Assembly: GCF_900113675.1 (NCBI RefSeq)
Contig: NZ_FOQE01000011.1
Coordinates: forward strand, 1 to 24,000
Reading direction: 5' to 3'
Length of the DNA stretch: 24,000 nucleotides
DNA from: Pisciglobus halotolerans
GTDB lineage: Bacteria; Bacillota; Bacilli; Lactobacillales; Carnobacteriaceae
Under the pieces are notes generated by a model. The model saw only the letters and a program-made list of their open reading frames with translations. It did no database searches and had not been told where the DNA came from. Shown here in pieces: positions 7,408 to 18,532 of this stretch. The first letter of the stretch is position 1; each line of letters begins with the position of its first letter. Position numbers and translations under genes: made by a program.

Positions 7408-9405
7408 TTGTTTGACAAGACAGATCAACTTGCAGTAGATACGATTCGTATGCTGAGTATCGAGGGCGTACAAAAAGCCAATTCTGGACATCCTGGTTTA
7501 CCGATGGGCGCAGCCCCTATGGCTTATGCTTTATGGAGCAGGCAATTGAAAGCTAATCCAAAGCATTCTCATTGGTTCGATCGTGACCGTTTTGTGTTGT
7601 CTGCTGGCCACGGCTCGATGTTATTATACAGTTTACTGCATTTATCGGGTTATGACGTTTCAATCGAAGATTTAAAACATTTTCGTCAATGGGAAAGCAA
7701 AACACCTGGACACCCTGAAGTCCATTATACAGACGGTGTGGAAGCGACCACCGGACCTCTAGGACAAGGGATCGCCAACAGTGTCGGCATGGCGATGGCA
7801 GAAGCTCACTTGGCGGCTACTTACAACCGTCCAGGTCATCAAATCGTTGACCACTACACCTATGCGCTATGCGGCGACGGAGACTTGATGGAAGGGATCT
7901 CCGCTGAAGCAGCCAGCTTGGCTGGACATTTGAAGTTAGGCAAGCTGATCCTATTATATGATTCGAACGACATTTCTCTCGATGGTCCGACGTCTAAAGC
8001 CTTTACTGAAAATGTCGGCAAACGGTTCGAAGCTTATGGCTGGGAACACATCTTAGTCAAAGACGGCAACGACCTCGAAACGATCAATGAAGCGATCGAA
8101 AAAGCAAAAGCGAACACAGAACAACCGACCTTGATCGAAGTCAAAACGGTGATCGGTTTTGGTGCGCCGAATGCCGGAACGCATAAAGTCCATGGGGCTC
8201 CATTGGGCGAAGAAGGGATCACTGCGGCGAAAAAAGCTTATGGTTGGGAAAATGAAGCCTTCTTCGTACCAGAAGAAGTAGCCGAACGTTTCCGCGAAAC
8301 GATGGTGGAAGCTGGCGAAAAAGCAGAAGCTGAGTGGAAAGAAGCAATGGCCGCTTACCGGGAAGCATACCCAGAATTAGCTGTTCAATTCGAATCAGCT
8401 TTAGCTGGCAAACTGCCGGTTGATTGGGACAGTGCCTTACCGACTTTTGATGTTGCAGATAAAGCAGCGGCTTCTCGTAAGACGAGCAGCCAAGTGTTGA
8501 ACGCGATCGCAGCAAAAGTACCTTACTTGTGGGGCGGTTCAGCTGATTTGTCTTCTTCTAACAATACGATGATCGACGACGTCAAAGATTTTCAGCCTGG
8601 TCAATACGAAGGCCGTAATATTTGGTATGGCGTACGAGAATTCGCGATGACAGCTGCGGCCAACGGGATCGCTTTACACGGCGGTTCGAAAACGTATGTC
8701 GGTACGTTCTTTGTGTTCACGGATTACTTGCGGGCAGCTATTCGGCTAGCTGCGATCTCTCACTTGCCAGTGACGTATGTCTTTACACATGATTCCGTTG
8801 CGGTCGGAGAAGACGGTCCAACGCATGAACCAGTCGAACATTTATCCAGCTTGCGTGGGATGCCGAATCTATCGGTGATCCGTCCAGCAGATGGTAATGA
8901 AGTAGCCGCGGCTTGGGAATTGGCGTTGAATTCCGCAGATCATCCAACGATCTTAGTGTTGAGCCGTCAAGACTTGCCTGTATTACCAGGGACGAAAGAA
9001 AAAGCCAGAAGCGAAGTGCAAAAAGGGGCTTATGTTCTTTCTCCGCAAGAAGGCGAACAACCAGAAGGCATCTTGATCGCAACTGGTTCAGAAGTTCAAT
9101 TAGCGATCGAAGCACAAAAAGAACTCAGGGCACAAGGCAAAGACGTTTCCGTCGTCTCTATGCCAAGTTTTGATTTGTTCGAACAGCAAGATGTGACGTA
9201 CCAAGAAAGCGTATTGCCAAAAGCAGTGCGTAAACGCGTCTCGATTGAGATGGGTGCCACATTCGGTTGGGAACGCTATGTCGGTTTAGATGGTGCTATG
9301 ATCGGGATCGACAAATTCGGTGCCAGCGCTCCAGGAACAGAAGTCATTGAAAACTATGGATTTACAACTGAAAAAGTGGTAGAAACGTACAATACTTTAG
9401 CTTAG
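7408..9405 (+). CDS. tkt: Transketolase
   Basis: Strong transketolase motifs ([66 protein letters not shown]). The track starts at 7360, but TTG 7408 with GAAAGGATG upstream gives the usual N-terminus [14 protein letters not shown]. Confidence 0.95.
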   Translation: MFDKTDQLAVDTIRMLSIEGVQKANSGHPGLPMGAAPMAYALWSRQLKANPKHSHWFDRDRFVLSAGHGSMLLYSLLHLSGYDVSIEDLKHFRQWESKTPGHPEVHYTDGVEATTGPLGQGIANSVGMAMAEAHLAATYNRPGHQIVDHYTYALCGDGDLMEGISAEAASLAGHLKLGKLILLYDSNDISLDGPTSKAFTENVGKRFEAYGWEHILVKDGNDLETINEAIEKAKANTEQPTLIEVKTVIGFGAPNAGTHKVHGAPLGEEGITAAKKAYGWENEAFFVPEEVAERFRETMVEAGEKAEAEWKEAMAAYREAYPELAVQFESALAGKLPVDWDSALPTFDVADKAAASRKTSSQVLNAIAAKVPYLWGGSADLSSSNNTMIDDVKDFQPGQYEGRNIWYGVREFAMTAAANGIALHGGSKTYVGTFFVFTDYLRAAIRLAAISHLPVTYVFTHDSVAVGEDGPTHEPVEHLSSLRGMPNLSVIRPADGNEVAAAWELALNSADHPTILVLSRQDLPVLPGTKEKARSEVQKGAYVLSPQEGEQPEGILIATGSEVQLAIEAQKELRAQGKDVSVVSMPSFDLFEQQDVTYQESVLPKAVRKRVSIEMGATFGWERYVGLDGAMIGIDKFGASAPGTEVIENYGFTTEKVVETYNTLA

Positions 9406-9635
9406 TCCATTGAATCTAAATGATCCAGGCATTGAGAATACTTCTCTTGCTTGGGTCAATTTTTTTGTTGTCTTATCGAAAGGGAAAATGATAGAGGTTA
9501 AATGAAGACTGGAAACATAAAAAAGATCAGCCTTTCCTTTTCAATGATGTGAAACTAAAAGATCTTGCTGTTTATTTTTGTAAAAAACTTTAGTACAATA
9601 TTGTTATGTAAGGTTTTGAAAGGAGTGAAGATAGA

Positions 9636-9875
9636 ATGATGAGCACAGGTTTAGCTGTATTTTTAATTATTTTAGCATTATTAGCCGGTTTAGCAGGCGG
9701 TTTCTTTATTGCCAGAAAATATATGATGGACTATTTCAAAAAAAATCCACCAGTCAATGAAGACATGTTAAGAATGATGATGATGCAAATGGGACAAAAA
9801 CCATCTGAAAAGAAAATCAAACAGATGATGACTTCTATGAAAGTTCAGTCTGAAAAACAAACCAAAAAGAAATAA
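9636..9875 (+). CDS. YneF family (UPF0154) membrane protein
   Basis: 79-aa ORF with an N-terminal TM and the [45 protein letters not shown] signature. Confidence 0.9.
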   Translation: MMSTGLAVFLIILALLAGLAGGFFIARKYMMDYFKKNPPVNEDMLRMMMMQMGQKPSEKKIKQMMTSMKVQSEKQTKKK

Positions 9876-10012
9876 TTGTTTTTTCTAGAAAAACAGTTTT
9901 TAAAGATTTTTTTCAAAAGGCGAGCAGAAGATGTTTCTGTTCGTCTTTTTGTATAAACGCTGAATCAGGTATTTTCTTTTGTTGAAAGAAAGATCTAAAG
10001 AAGAGATCCTGA

Positions 10013-10067
10013 GTCAAAGAAAAACAGTTTCTATGCAGTTAGCAATAGAAACTGTTTTTCTTTGAGT
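10013..10067. terminator. Strong bidirectional terminator between convergent yneF-like gene and plsC
   Basis: CAAAGAAAAACAGTTTCTAT ... ATAGAAACTGTTTTTCTTTG, a long near-perfect hairpin (edges approximate). Confidence 0.8.
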
Positions 10068-10075
10068 TCTTTTCT

Positions 10076-10693
10076 TTATTTGTAATCATAATGAAAGTTA
10101 GGATCGATTTCTTGATCAAGCTGGTCGAAAGCTGATTGAATCTGATGATCGATCTTTGTTAGATTTTCTTTATTTAATTTTGTTTTGCGTTCTACATATA
10201 AAGGATCACCAAAACGAACCGATACACGTTTACGCTTTAACAAGTCTTTAACAGTGAGAGGGCCTTGGTAAACAGCTGGAATAATGGGAACGCCGCTTAA
10301 TTTAGCGATCGTTGCTGCACCGCCTTTTAATTCTGAAGAATGTCTTGTTCCAGTAGGAAAAATGATCAAACTTAATTTCCCGTCTTTTAAAATTTTTACT
10401 GGTTTTTTTATTGCACTCGGTCCTGGGTTTTCCCGATCAACAGGAAAGGCATTCAAGTGTCGAATCAGCCAACTGAGAAAAGGATTTTCGAAGAGTTCTT
10501 TTTTTGCCATAAAAGAAAATTGCCTTGGCTGTGCTGCTAAAGCCAAGTAAACAGGATCGATCCAAGTTCTGTGAGGCGCTACAATAATATAATTTTGATC
10601 TTTTGGCAACTTTTCCCTATTTTGATAGTGATGATTCCCATTTAATAAAAAAAGTAAAAAGCGTACAATGGCTAATACAATGCGATAAAACAA
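10076..10693 (-). CDS. plsC: Lysophospholipid (1-acyl-glycerol-3-phosphate) acyltransferase, PlsC family
   Basis: 205-aa ORF with APHRTWIDP (HX4D) and FPTGTRHSSELKGG motifs. Confidence 0.88.
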   Translation of the reverse strand: MFYRIVLAIVRFLLFLLNGNHHYQNREKLPKDQNYIIVAPHRTWIDPVYLALAAQPRQFSFMAKKELFENPFLSWLIRHLNAFPVDRENPGPSAIKKPVKILKDGKLSLIIFPTGTRHSSELKGGAATIAKLSGVPIIPAVYQGPLTVKDLLKRKRVSVRFGDPLYVERKTKLNKENLTKIDHQIQSAFDQLDQEIDPNFHYDYK

Positions 10694-10804
10694 GCCTACT
10701 CAACCTTTCTTTGCTTTTTGTTCATACTGCTCAATGTTACAAGCTCTAGTATGAGTGATTCTGTGCTATTTCGCAACCATTTTTTGACGCAAAGGACAGA
10801 CATC

Positions 10805-10833
10805 TTCGTTTTGTTAGGAAGATTTGTTATAAT
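10805..10833 (+). promoter_or_regulatory. Candidate promoter for sbcD
   Basis: Weak -35 TTCGTT, 17-nt spacer, TGTTATAAT extended -10 (TATAAT 10828-10833). Confidence 0.5.
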
Positions 10834-10871
10834 TGAAAGGATGAAGAGGTTAGTGAAGGTGAGATGGTAAG

Positions 10872-12014
10872 ATGAAATTTTTACATACTGCTGATTGGCA
10901 TATTGGAAAAAAATTACATGGATTTTCTTTACTGAATGAACAAAAAGAAGTTTTTGAACAGTTGTTGACGGTTGCTCAAAAGGAAAAGGTTGACGCGATC
11001 GTCATTGCTGGTGATTTATATGATCGATCCGTTCCGCCAGCTGAAGCGGTGCGTTTATTGAATGAAATGTTCTATCAATTAAATATTCAGCACAAATTTC
11101 CTATTTTAAGTATTTCTGGTAACCACGACTCTGCTACAAGACTGGAGACTGGAACCCCATGGTATCAAGAAATGAATTTTCACTTGCAAACCACGTTAAA
11201 TAAAGCTCTTTTCGAAGGCATCAAGTTAAAGGATGTTCAGTTTTTCCTGCTTCCTTATTTTGAGCCGGTCGATGCACGAATTTTCTTTGAAGACGAAACC
11301 CTTAAAACGCATGATGAAGCTGTCCAAAGAACGATTGAAGAAATGAAAAAAAACTTTGACCCTTCTTTTAAGCAAGTACTGGTTTCACATTTTTTCGTTG
11401 CCGGCAGTCAGAGAACAGACTCTGAAACAGAGGTGACAGTAGGGGGATTAGATAATGTTTCTTCCCACCATTTTAAGGACTTTCATTATGTTGCATTAGG
11501 ACATCTGCATCATCCTAATGCTTCAAAGCATCTCTTAATTCAGTATTCAGGAAGTCTTTTAAAATACTCAACTTCTGAGGCAAAGCAAGATAAAGGATTT
11601 CGTTTGATCGACATTGCAAAAGATGGAGCTGTACAAAATCAATTTGTTTCTGTGCACCCTTCAAAAGATCTGCTTGTCCTCGAAAATGACTTCTCGACAC
11701 TGCTTGACCCTCAATATTATCAGACGATCAAAAAAGATCAATATATTTTTGCTCGCTTGACAGATACGAGAATGATCCCGAACGCAATGGATCGACTCAG
11801 AGAAGTATACCCAAATATCATTGGAATGGAACGACTCAATCGTGCAGGATTAATGAATCATATTCAGCAACTTAAACATAAGGATCAACAGTTGTTAGCG
11901 CCAGATAAGTTGTTTGCAGTCTTTTATGAAGGCGTGACTGGCAAGACGTTGTCGCAAAAACAAGAAGAAATCGTAACGGAAACGATGGAATCCATTCAAA
12001 AGGAGGAAGAGTAA
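10872..12014 (+). CDS. sbcD: Exonuclease SbcCD subunit D
   Basis: 380-aa ORF with phosphodiesterase motifs FLHTADWHIGKKLHG, VIAGDLYDR, SGNHDS, VALGHLHHP. Confidence 0.96.
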   Translation: MKFLHTADWHIGKKLHGFSLLNEQKEVFEQLLTVAQKEKVDAIVIAGDLYDRSVPPAEAVRLLNEMFYQLNIQHKFPILSISGNHDSATRLETGTPWYQEMNFHLQTTLNKALFEGIKLKDVQFFLLPYFEPVDARIFFEDETLKTHDEAVQRTIEEMKKNFDPSFKQVLVSHFFVAGSQRTDSETEVTVGGLDNVSSHHFKDFHYVALGHLHHPNASKHLLIQYSGSLLKYSTSEAKQDKGFRLIDIAKDGAVQNQFVSVHPSKDLLVLENDFSTLLDPQYYQTIKKDQYIFARLTDTRMIPNAMDRLREVYPNIIGMERLNRAGLMNHIQQLKHKDQQLLAPDKLFAVFYEGVTGKTLSQKQEEIVTETMESIQKEEE

Positions 12015-12015
12015 C

Positions 12016-15000
12016 ATGCGTCCCTTATCATTAGCTTTAACAGCCTTTGGTCCCTATATGGATGCAACGGTTGATTTTTCTTCATTTTATGACAACCACA
12101 TTTTCTTGATCGCAGGAAAAACAGGAGCAGGAAAAACAACGCTATTTGATGCGATCAGTTTTGCTTTATTTGGCAAAAGCAATGGTTCAAATCGTGAACC
12201 TAGAGAAATGCGTTCAACTTTTGCGGACGGTTCCATTCAAACGAGTGTCACGTTTACTTTTATGGCGCATCAGAAAAAATACGAAATCGTCCGCAGTCCT
12301 GCACAAGTACTTCCTAAAGTGAAGGGAGAAGGAGTAAGAAACGTTCCCGCTAGAGCTTCTATTCGTATTATGGATGAATTAGGCAATGAACTGGAACATT
12401 ATTCCAAAATAACTGAAGTTGATTCTTGTATCGAAGAGTTGATTCAATTAAATCATGATCAATTCAGACAAATTGTGATGATTCCTCAAGGAGAATTCAG
12501 AGATTTTTTGAATGCAAGCAGTGTAGACAAAGAAAACATTTTGCGACGTTTATTTAACACTGATCTTTATCAAGTGTTCAGTGAACGATTAAAAGAAAAA
12601 AACAAAAAAGCTTTTTCTCAAATTCAAGAAAAGGAAAAAATGCTGGAAACGCTCATGAGTCGTGCAAGATGGGTCGAAGCATTGGAAATAGAAGAAAGTG
12701 GTCATACTAAGAATATACTTGCTTTTCAACAATTGGGTAAACAGCAAAAACAATTAAAAGAAAAGAGCAGTGAAGCTAAAAAAGAATTAACCATTCTTGA
12801 AGCGCAGATCAAAGAAGCTGAACAACAGTTGGAAAGTGAGAAAGCACTGGATCAGTTGCATGAGCAAAAACAAGACCTAAATGAACAGCGAAAAATGCTG
12901 GCGCAGCAAAAAGAGACTATTGCAGAGAAAAAAAGAACGGTGCAGTGGATCAAAGAAGCGATAAATAATAGACCATTGTATGAACAGGTACAACAAAAAG
13001 AACAAGAAAAAGAAGTACTCAGCAAAAAAGTCATCAGCATTCAAAAAAATAGAGAATTGAGAGCCGTAGAAGAGCAGGAAGCATTAGCAGCATTGCAAAA
13101 AATGAAAGAAGCGATACCGGAGCAAGAACAGAGGAAAGCAGAAAAAATCAAATTAGAGCATTTAAAAGGAAACATAGAGGATTATCAAGCCTTGTTAAAT
13201 GATACTGAAAAAAAGAAAAGCTACTTTCACACAAAAGAAAAAGAGCTTCAAGAATATTCGGATAAACAACTTGAAAAGCAAAAAGAAATCAAAAAAATTG
13301 AAGCGTATTTGACTGCATATGAAAATGAAGAAAAAAATTATCATTATTTGAAGGAACAGTCTTCTGTTCATGCTTTGCACTTACACCAATTAGAAGAATT
13401 GATGACGTTAGAGGAACAGATCAAAAAAGCCGAGCAAGAGTGCAAAGATCTGGATAATAAAACAACAACTGAAAAGCTTATTCTAGAGGAGATCAGTCAA
13501 CAACATCAAAAAGCAAAAAGCGATTGGGCCAGAGTGCAAATTCAACGGTTATCAGAAGACCTGATTGATGGAGAACCTTGTCCAGTATGCGGTGCTACAG
13601 ATCATCCCTATCAACATCAACAACAAGATGAAACAGAGAAACAGTCAGCAATTGAAGTAGAAAAAAGGTTAGAAGAAGCTGAACAATCACAATCTAAGCA
13701 ATTTGGACGTTTGGAGCAGATAAAGGCCAAAAGAAACGAACGAAATGAGCAGTATCTATCCTTAAAAGAAACTTTTCAACATAAAAAGGCTGCTACGTCT
13801 TTCATTCAACAAGATGGAGATCTTGCTTTTCAATACAAAGAACTGAAGAAAGAAGAGCAAAAAAATAGTCAGCAAATCGCTGCTTTTGAAGAAAAACAGA
13901 AAGAAAAAGAAGCAAATGAAAAGCAACTCTTGCAACATCAAAAAAACATGCAAGAATGGTCGAATCAGATTGAAAGTCTAAAGACTCAAATGCAAAAAGA
14001 AAAAGATGCATTGAGTGAGCTAAAAGGTGAAAGTGTGCAATTAGAAAAATTGATTCCTGCTGTTTACTTAGATATAGCGGTCTATCAAGAAAAACTAGCA
14101 AATTTGACAGAAGAAGTCCAAAGATGGCAAGAAGCGTATGCTGTGTGTGAGCAGCAGCATAGCCTTAAAGAAAAACATGTTGAGAAGTTGTTGGGAGAGG
14201 AAAGCTATACACAAGATTCACTCGAACAAATAAAACAACAATTGAATGAGTTGCAAGCTCGATTTGATTTGGTTATTCAATCTTCTAGTTTTGAAAATCT
14301 GTCGTCTTTCTTTGTTTATATAGAAAAAGCGGACCAGCTTGGAACGCTAGAAACGGAAATACAGCAATATGAACAAAACTATTTTAGTGTGGAGCAGCAG
14401 CTTTTAAATATTGAAATCAAACTAAAAGGGACCGAACAGCCAAAAACTGCAGAAGTACAAGACAAAGTTGTTAAACTGGATGCAAAGCGATTCGAACTGG
14501 TCGAAAAAAAAGTGCGTCTTCAAAACGATATTGATCAAAACAGCCATATTATTAAGGAAGCTGAACAGCTATTGGATCAGCATCAGAAAGAGATGGATAC
14601 TTTCTTAGAGCTCAATGCATTGTCTTCTGTTGCAAATGGTGACAGCGAACAGAGCAAATTAGGATTTGAACGTTATGTATTATCTTATTTCTTAGAAGAA
14701 GTACTCACAATTGCCAATGAACGTCTTCAACAATTGTCTCATCACCGTTACTTATTTGATTTAAGACGCGAAGAAGGCACTTATAAGAAAAGTACCGGCC
14801 TAGAGATCAATATTTATGATGATCATGCAGGAGGAATTAGAAATGTCGGAACTCTTTCAGGAGGAGAAAGCTTTATCGCTGCTCTGTCTTTGGCTCTTTC
14901 TTTATCTGAAGTCGTGCAACAGTATGCTGGCGGAAATCAAATCGAAGCAGTTTTCATTGACGAAGGATTTGGTTCTCTAGATGAAGATGCACTGGAACAA

Positions 15001-15150
15001 GCGATAGAGGCGCTCATGCAGATCGACGGGAATGGAAGACTAGTGGGGATTATTAGTCACGTTAAAGAATTAAAAGAACAAATTCCCGATAAAATAGTGG
15101 TGCATTCTAAGGGAACTGGAAAAAGTTCTCTTTCTGTTCAACATGCCTAA
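12016..15150 (+). CDS. sbcC: Exonuclease SbcCD subunit C (SMC-like ATPase)
   Basis: 1044-aa ORF with Walker A GKTGAGKTTLFD, CPVCGA zinc hook, signature LSGGESF and Walker B VFIDEGFGSLD; adjacent to sbcD. Confidence 0.96.
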   Translation: MRPLSLALTAFGPYMDATVDFSSFYDNHIFLIAGKTGAGKTTLFDAISFALFGKSNGSNREPREMRSTFADGSIQTSVTFTFMAHQKKYEIVRSPAQVLPKVKGEGVRNVPARASIRIMDELGNELEHYSKITEVDSCIEELIQLNHDQFRQIVMIPQGEFRDFLNASSVDKENILRRLFNTDLYQVFSERLKEKNKKAFSQIQEKEKMLETLMSRARWVEALEIEESGHTKNILAFQQLGKQQKQLKEKSSEAKKELTILEAQIKEAEQQLESEKALDQLHEQKQDLNEQRKMLAQQKETIAEKKRTVQWIKEAINNRPLYEQVQQKEQEKEVLSKKVISIQKNRELRAVEEQEALAALQKMKEAIPEQEQRKAEKIKLEHLKGNIEDYQALLNDTEKKKSYFHTKEKELQEYSDKQLEKQKEIKKIEAYLTAYENEEKNYHYLKEQSSVHALHLHQLEELMTLEEQIKKAEQECKDLDNKTTTEKLILEEISQQHQKAKSDWARVQIQRLSEDLIDGEPCPVCGATDHPYQHQQQDETEKQSAIEVEKRLEEAEQSQSKQFGRLEQIKAKRNERNEQYLSLKETFQHKKAATSFIQQDGDLAFQYKELKKEEQKNSQQIAAFEEKQKEKEANEKQLLQHQKNMQEWSNQIESLKTQMQKEKDALSELKGESVQLEKLIPAVYLDIAVYQEKLANLTEEVQRWQEAYAVCEQQHSLKEKHVEKLLGEESYTQDSLEQIKQQLNELQARFDLVIQSSSFENLSSFFVYIEKADQLGTLETEIQQYEQNYFSVEQQLLNIEIKLKGTEQPKTAEVQDKVVKLDAKRFELVEKKVRLQNDIDQNSHIIKEAEQLLDQHQKEMDTFLELNALSSVANGDSEQSKLGFERYVLSYFLEEVLTIANERLQQLSHHRYLFDLRREEGTYKKSTGLEINIYDDHAGGIRNVGTLSGGESFIAALSLALSLSEVVQQYAGGNQIEAVFIDEGFGSLDEDALEQAIEALMQIDGNGRLVGIISHVKELKEQIPDKIVVHSKGTGKSSLSVQHA

Positions 15151-15156
15151 ACGAAC

Positions 15157-15187
15157 GATAAGCAAAAAAGGCAGATTTGCTTTTATC
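15157..15187 (+). terminator. Weak terminator-like hairpin after sbcC
   Basis: GATAAGCAAA ... TTTGCTTTTATC with one bulge. Confidence 0.35.
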
Positions 15188-15270
15188 AAGAAATATCGTA
15201 AAATGAAAGGATAGACATTTTTAAGTTTGCGAAACAGCAAAATGAGAAGTTCAGGAAAGTAGGTTGGGGT

Positions 15271-18200
15271 ATGAAGTGGAGTATACCGGAACGAATCATT
15301 GAGCAAGGCCGAAAATTAGTAGACGATAAGCGGGTCTTGTCCATTCATTCTATTTTGGAAAAGAGGATTTGGACAGCAGAAGTTTTAGAAGATGATGTGT
15401 ATCAAGTGGAATTAGATGGCACGACGAAAGAAGAAGATTTTTGCAGCTGTGACTACTGGAAAAACCATGGACATTGTAAACATACAGTTGCAGTTGAATT
15501 AGCTTTAAGAGATCGAGGCATCAGCCGAGTAATGACGCCTGATAATGCCGAAGAAGTTGAAATCGAAATGCCGGATCCTGGAAAAGAACTGACTAAGACA
15601 TTCTCAAGAGTCTTTTTTAATGAGCAATTAATAAATGATACAGCGCCAAGCCAACAGCAAACAAACCTTCAAATTGAATATAAATTGGAACATAAACCAG
15701 ATAATGCTGCTTTATTACGAAATCCTAATGAAGTGCTGGTGATTAGTTTACGAGCTGGAACGGATAAATTATATGTCGTCAAAGATTTAATGGCTTTTCT
15801 TGAATCTTTTATCAGACATGAAACGTTCGAACTCAATGCGCATGAAGAAATCGACTTTAAGACGGTTTCTATTACAGAAGAAGATCACCAAAGTTTAGTG
15901 TTCATGTATCAAGAAGCAGCATCTAATCAGTTTATTCGAGGTCAATATAACGAACCAAAATCAATTTTTAATAATAAGCGTTTTTTAGTGTTGAGTCCTT
16001 CTCATGCGGAAAATCTCATTAATTGTATACAAAAAACGGAACACATGATTTTTCAATCTGAAACAGGAAAGTATCCACATGTTCGCTTTATTCAAGATGA
16101 AGTTCCGATGCTTTTTGAAATGGATTATCAGGATAACGCTGTTGTTTTCTCTATCCAAGATCTCAAAGAAGCAGACTTAAAGCATTATCATTGGTTTATA
16201 AAGGACAACCTTTTTTATATTCCTTCATGGAAACAACTAGAAACGATAAAGCCTCTGCGCACTTTTTTAGCAAAGTATAAAGGAGATCAAATCCTGATCC
16301 ATCCAGAAGAAATGCCAGATTTTACGGCTTATGTTTTACCGCTTGTTTCAACATTAGGAGAAGTAAGAATGTCTGAACAAATGAAGCAATCTTTTGTTCA
16401 GGAACCATTAAAAAGTTGTATTTATTTTTCTTATCGTCACGAGAAATTAGAGGCGGTAGTCGAATTCAACTATCGTCATATGGTTTTGTCAACAGATCCT
16501 AAGGAAACTCAGCTTCCGGATGAAAATATTCAGGTCATTCGTGAAAGTCAAAAAGAGATCCACTTGCTGAACTTATTGAAACAGCTGGGATATGAAAGAG
16601 AAGAAACCAGTTATACAAAAAGAGTGGTACGTGATGAAGGCTTTTATACCTTCTTTACTAAAGAAATCTCTCTGCTTGAAGAAGAGGCTGAGGTTTATGT
16701 AGATGATGTTTTAGACCAATTGTTTTTAAATGAATTAGATACAGTTACAAAAGTTGATGTAGCTGAAAGCGGAAGTTTCCTTGATGTTCATTTTGATATC
16801 AAAGGTATTACCGACAATGAGGTTGATGCCGTACTCAGCAGTTTAATGGCTAGAAAAAAATTCCATACATTAAACAACGGTAAAATCCTTTCTTTAGAAA
16901 CAGATGACTTTCATGAAATCAGCACAGTATTAAGAGAATTGCGCGCTTCGAAAGATTTTCAAAATGGCAGTGTACAGGTGCCAAGTTATCGTGGATTAGA
17001 ATTAGAATCTGTTTTAGATAAAGAAAAAGGGAGCAAGCGAGATCTGTCGAAGAGCTTTCAGGATATGGTTTTTTACTTGAATGATCCTGAAACATTTGCA
17101 GTGGATGTACCAAAACAACTTCAAGGCACGTTAAGACCTTATCAAATGACTGGCTTCAAGTGGCTGAGTATGCTTTCAACATATGGCTTCGGCGGTATTT
17201 TAGCTGATGATATGGGATTAGGAAAAACGATCCAAATGATCACCTATATCTTGTCCGAAGTTGAAAAAAATGAAAAAGCACCTTTCCTTATTATCGCGCC
17301 CGCATCCTTGACTTATAATTGGTTCCACGAGATGAAAAAATTTGCACCTTCTATTGAATGCCAAGTTGTATCTGGCAGCATTGAAGAAAGAAAAACAAAA
17401 ATCCAAGAGGTCAAACCGAATACGGTATTAATTACTTCGTATCAAAGTTTTAGACAAGATGCTGAGGTCTATAAGACGCAACAATTTAGCACACTCATAT
17501 TGGACGAATCACAAATGGTCAAGAATTATCATACGAAAACATCAAAGGCATTACGAGATCTTCCTGTACCTCAAAAATTTGCTTTAAGCGGAACACCAAT
17601 TGAAAATAAAATTGATGAGTTATGGTCGATCTTTCAATTGATCATGCCGGGATTTTTTCCTAGTATCAAAAAGTTTCGCTCTCTACCAAATGAAAGGATC
17701 GCAAAAATGATCCAGCCATTCGTATTGAGACGAGTGAAAAAAGATGTACTCAAAGAATTGCCAAAAAAAATCGAGACCAATTTGTACAGTTCATTGTCAA
17801 AAGAGCAAAAGACAATTTATCTTGCTTATCTGCAGCAGATCCAAGAAAGTGTTCTTAATATGAGCGGCGATGAATTTAAACGTCATCGCATTGAAATTTT
17901 GTCAGGACTGACACGTTTACGGCAGATTTGTTGCGACCCGCGTTTATTTATGGATGACTATGAAGGCGAATCAGGAAAACTTGAGCAGTTGAAAGAAATG
18001 GTAGCAAACGGGCTGGAAAATGGTAAAAGGATGCTGATTTTTTCTCAATTCACCTCCATGCTCGATATCATTCAAAAAGAATTGGCCGCTCAAGAGATTG
18101 AAAGCTTCTATTTAAGCGGAAAAACAAAGCCAGTGGAGCGAATTGAAATGGTCAATCAGTTTAATCAAGGAGAAAAATCTATTTTCCTTATTTCTTTAAA

Positions 18201-18507
18201 AGCTGGCGGAACAGGGTTAAACCTTACAGGTGCGGATACTGTTATCCTGTATGATCTATGGTGGAATCCAGCTGTTGAAGAACAAGCAGCGGGACGTGCA
18301 CATCGTATCGGACAGAAAAACGTCGTTGAAGTTTGGCGGATGATAGCAGAAGGTACGATAGAAGAAAAAATCAATGCACTTCAAAAAGAAAAAAAATCTT
18401 TATTCGATCAGATCATTACAGAAGAACATGCCGATACGAAGCTGCAAAAGCAACTGACAGAAGAAGATATCCGAGAAATTTTAAGTATCGGTGGAGTGAC
18501 CGAATAA
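15271..18507 (+). CDS. SNF2-family DEAD/DEAH helicase with N-terminal SWIM zinc finger
   Basis: 1078-aa ORF with SWIM CSCDYWKNHGHCKH and SNF2 motifs GGILADDMGLGKT, LILDESQMVKN, ALSGTPIENK, SQFTSMLDII, LKAGGTGLNLTGAD, GRAHRIGQ. Confidence 0.95.
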   Translation: MKWSIPERIIEQGRKLVDDKRVLSIHSILEKRIWTAEVLEDDVYQVELDGTTKEEDFCSCDYWKNHGHCKHTVAVELALRDRGISRVMTPDNAEEVEIEMPDPGKELTKTFSRVFFNEQLINDTAPSQQQTNLQIEYKLEHKPDNAALLRNPNEVLVISLRAGTDKLYVVKDLMAFLESFIRHETFELNAHEEIDFKTVSITEEDHQSLVFMYQEAASNQFIRGQYNEPKSIFNNKRFLVLSPSHAENLINCIQKTEHMIFQSETGKYPHVRFIQDEVPMLFEMDYQDNAVVFSIQDLKEADLKHYHWFIKDNLFYIPSWKQLETIKPLRTFLAKYKGDQILIHPEEMPDFTAYVLPLVSTLGEVRMSEQMKQSFVQEPLKSCIYFSYRHEKLEAVVEFNYRHMVLSTDPKETQLPDENIQVIRESQKEIHLLNLLKQLGYEREETSYTKRVVRDEGFYTFFTKEISLLEEEAEVYVDDVLDQLFLNELDTVTKVDVAESGSFLDVHFDIKGITDNEVDAVLSSLMARKKFHTLNNGKILSLETDDFHEISTVLRELRASKDFQNGSVQVPSYRGLELESVLDKEKGSKRDLSKSFQDMVFYLNDPETFAVDVPKQLQGTLRPYQMTGFKWLSMLSTYGFGGILADDMGLGKTIQMITYILSEVEKNEKAPFLIIAPASLTYNWFHEMKKFAPSIECQVVSGSIEERKTKIQEVKPNTVLITSYQSFRQDAEVYKTQQFSTLILDESQMVKNYHTKTSKALRDLPVPQKFALSGTPIENKIDELWSIFQLIMPGFFPSIKKFRSLPNERIAKMIQPFVLRRVKKDVLKELPKKIETNLYSSLSKEQKTIYLAYLQQIQESVLNMSGDEFKRHRIEILSGLTRLRQICCDPRLFMDDYEGESGKLEQLKEMVANGLENGKRMLIFSQFTSMLDIIQKELAAQEIESFYLSGKTKPVERIEMVNQFNQGEKSIFLISLKAGGTGLNLTGADTVILYDLWWNPAVEEQAAGRAHRIGQKNVVEVWRMIAEGTIEEKINALQKEKKSLFDQIITEEHADTKLQKQLTEEDIREILSIGGVTE

Positions 18508-18532
18508 AAATAAAAACAAAGGCAGTGATAAA

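Noticed and set aside
8219-9173. Several ORFs antisense to or overlapping tkt
   Set aside because: Shadow ORFs of a strongly coding, higher-GC gene, with no family motifs.
12852-14101. Phe/Leu/Ser-rich minus-strand ORFs across sbcC
   Set aside because: Antisense of the K/Q/E-rich coiled-coil region of SbcC; a compositional artefact.
6215-15150. lexA, sbcCD and recJ proximity as a novel defence island
   Set aside because: These are conserved repair and housekeeping genes separated by unrelated genes (tkt, plsC); nothing here supports a dedicated defence system.
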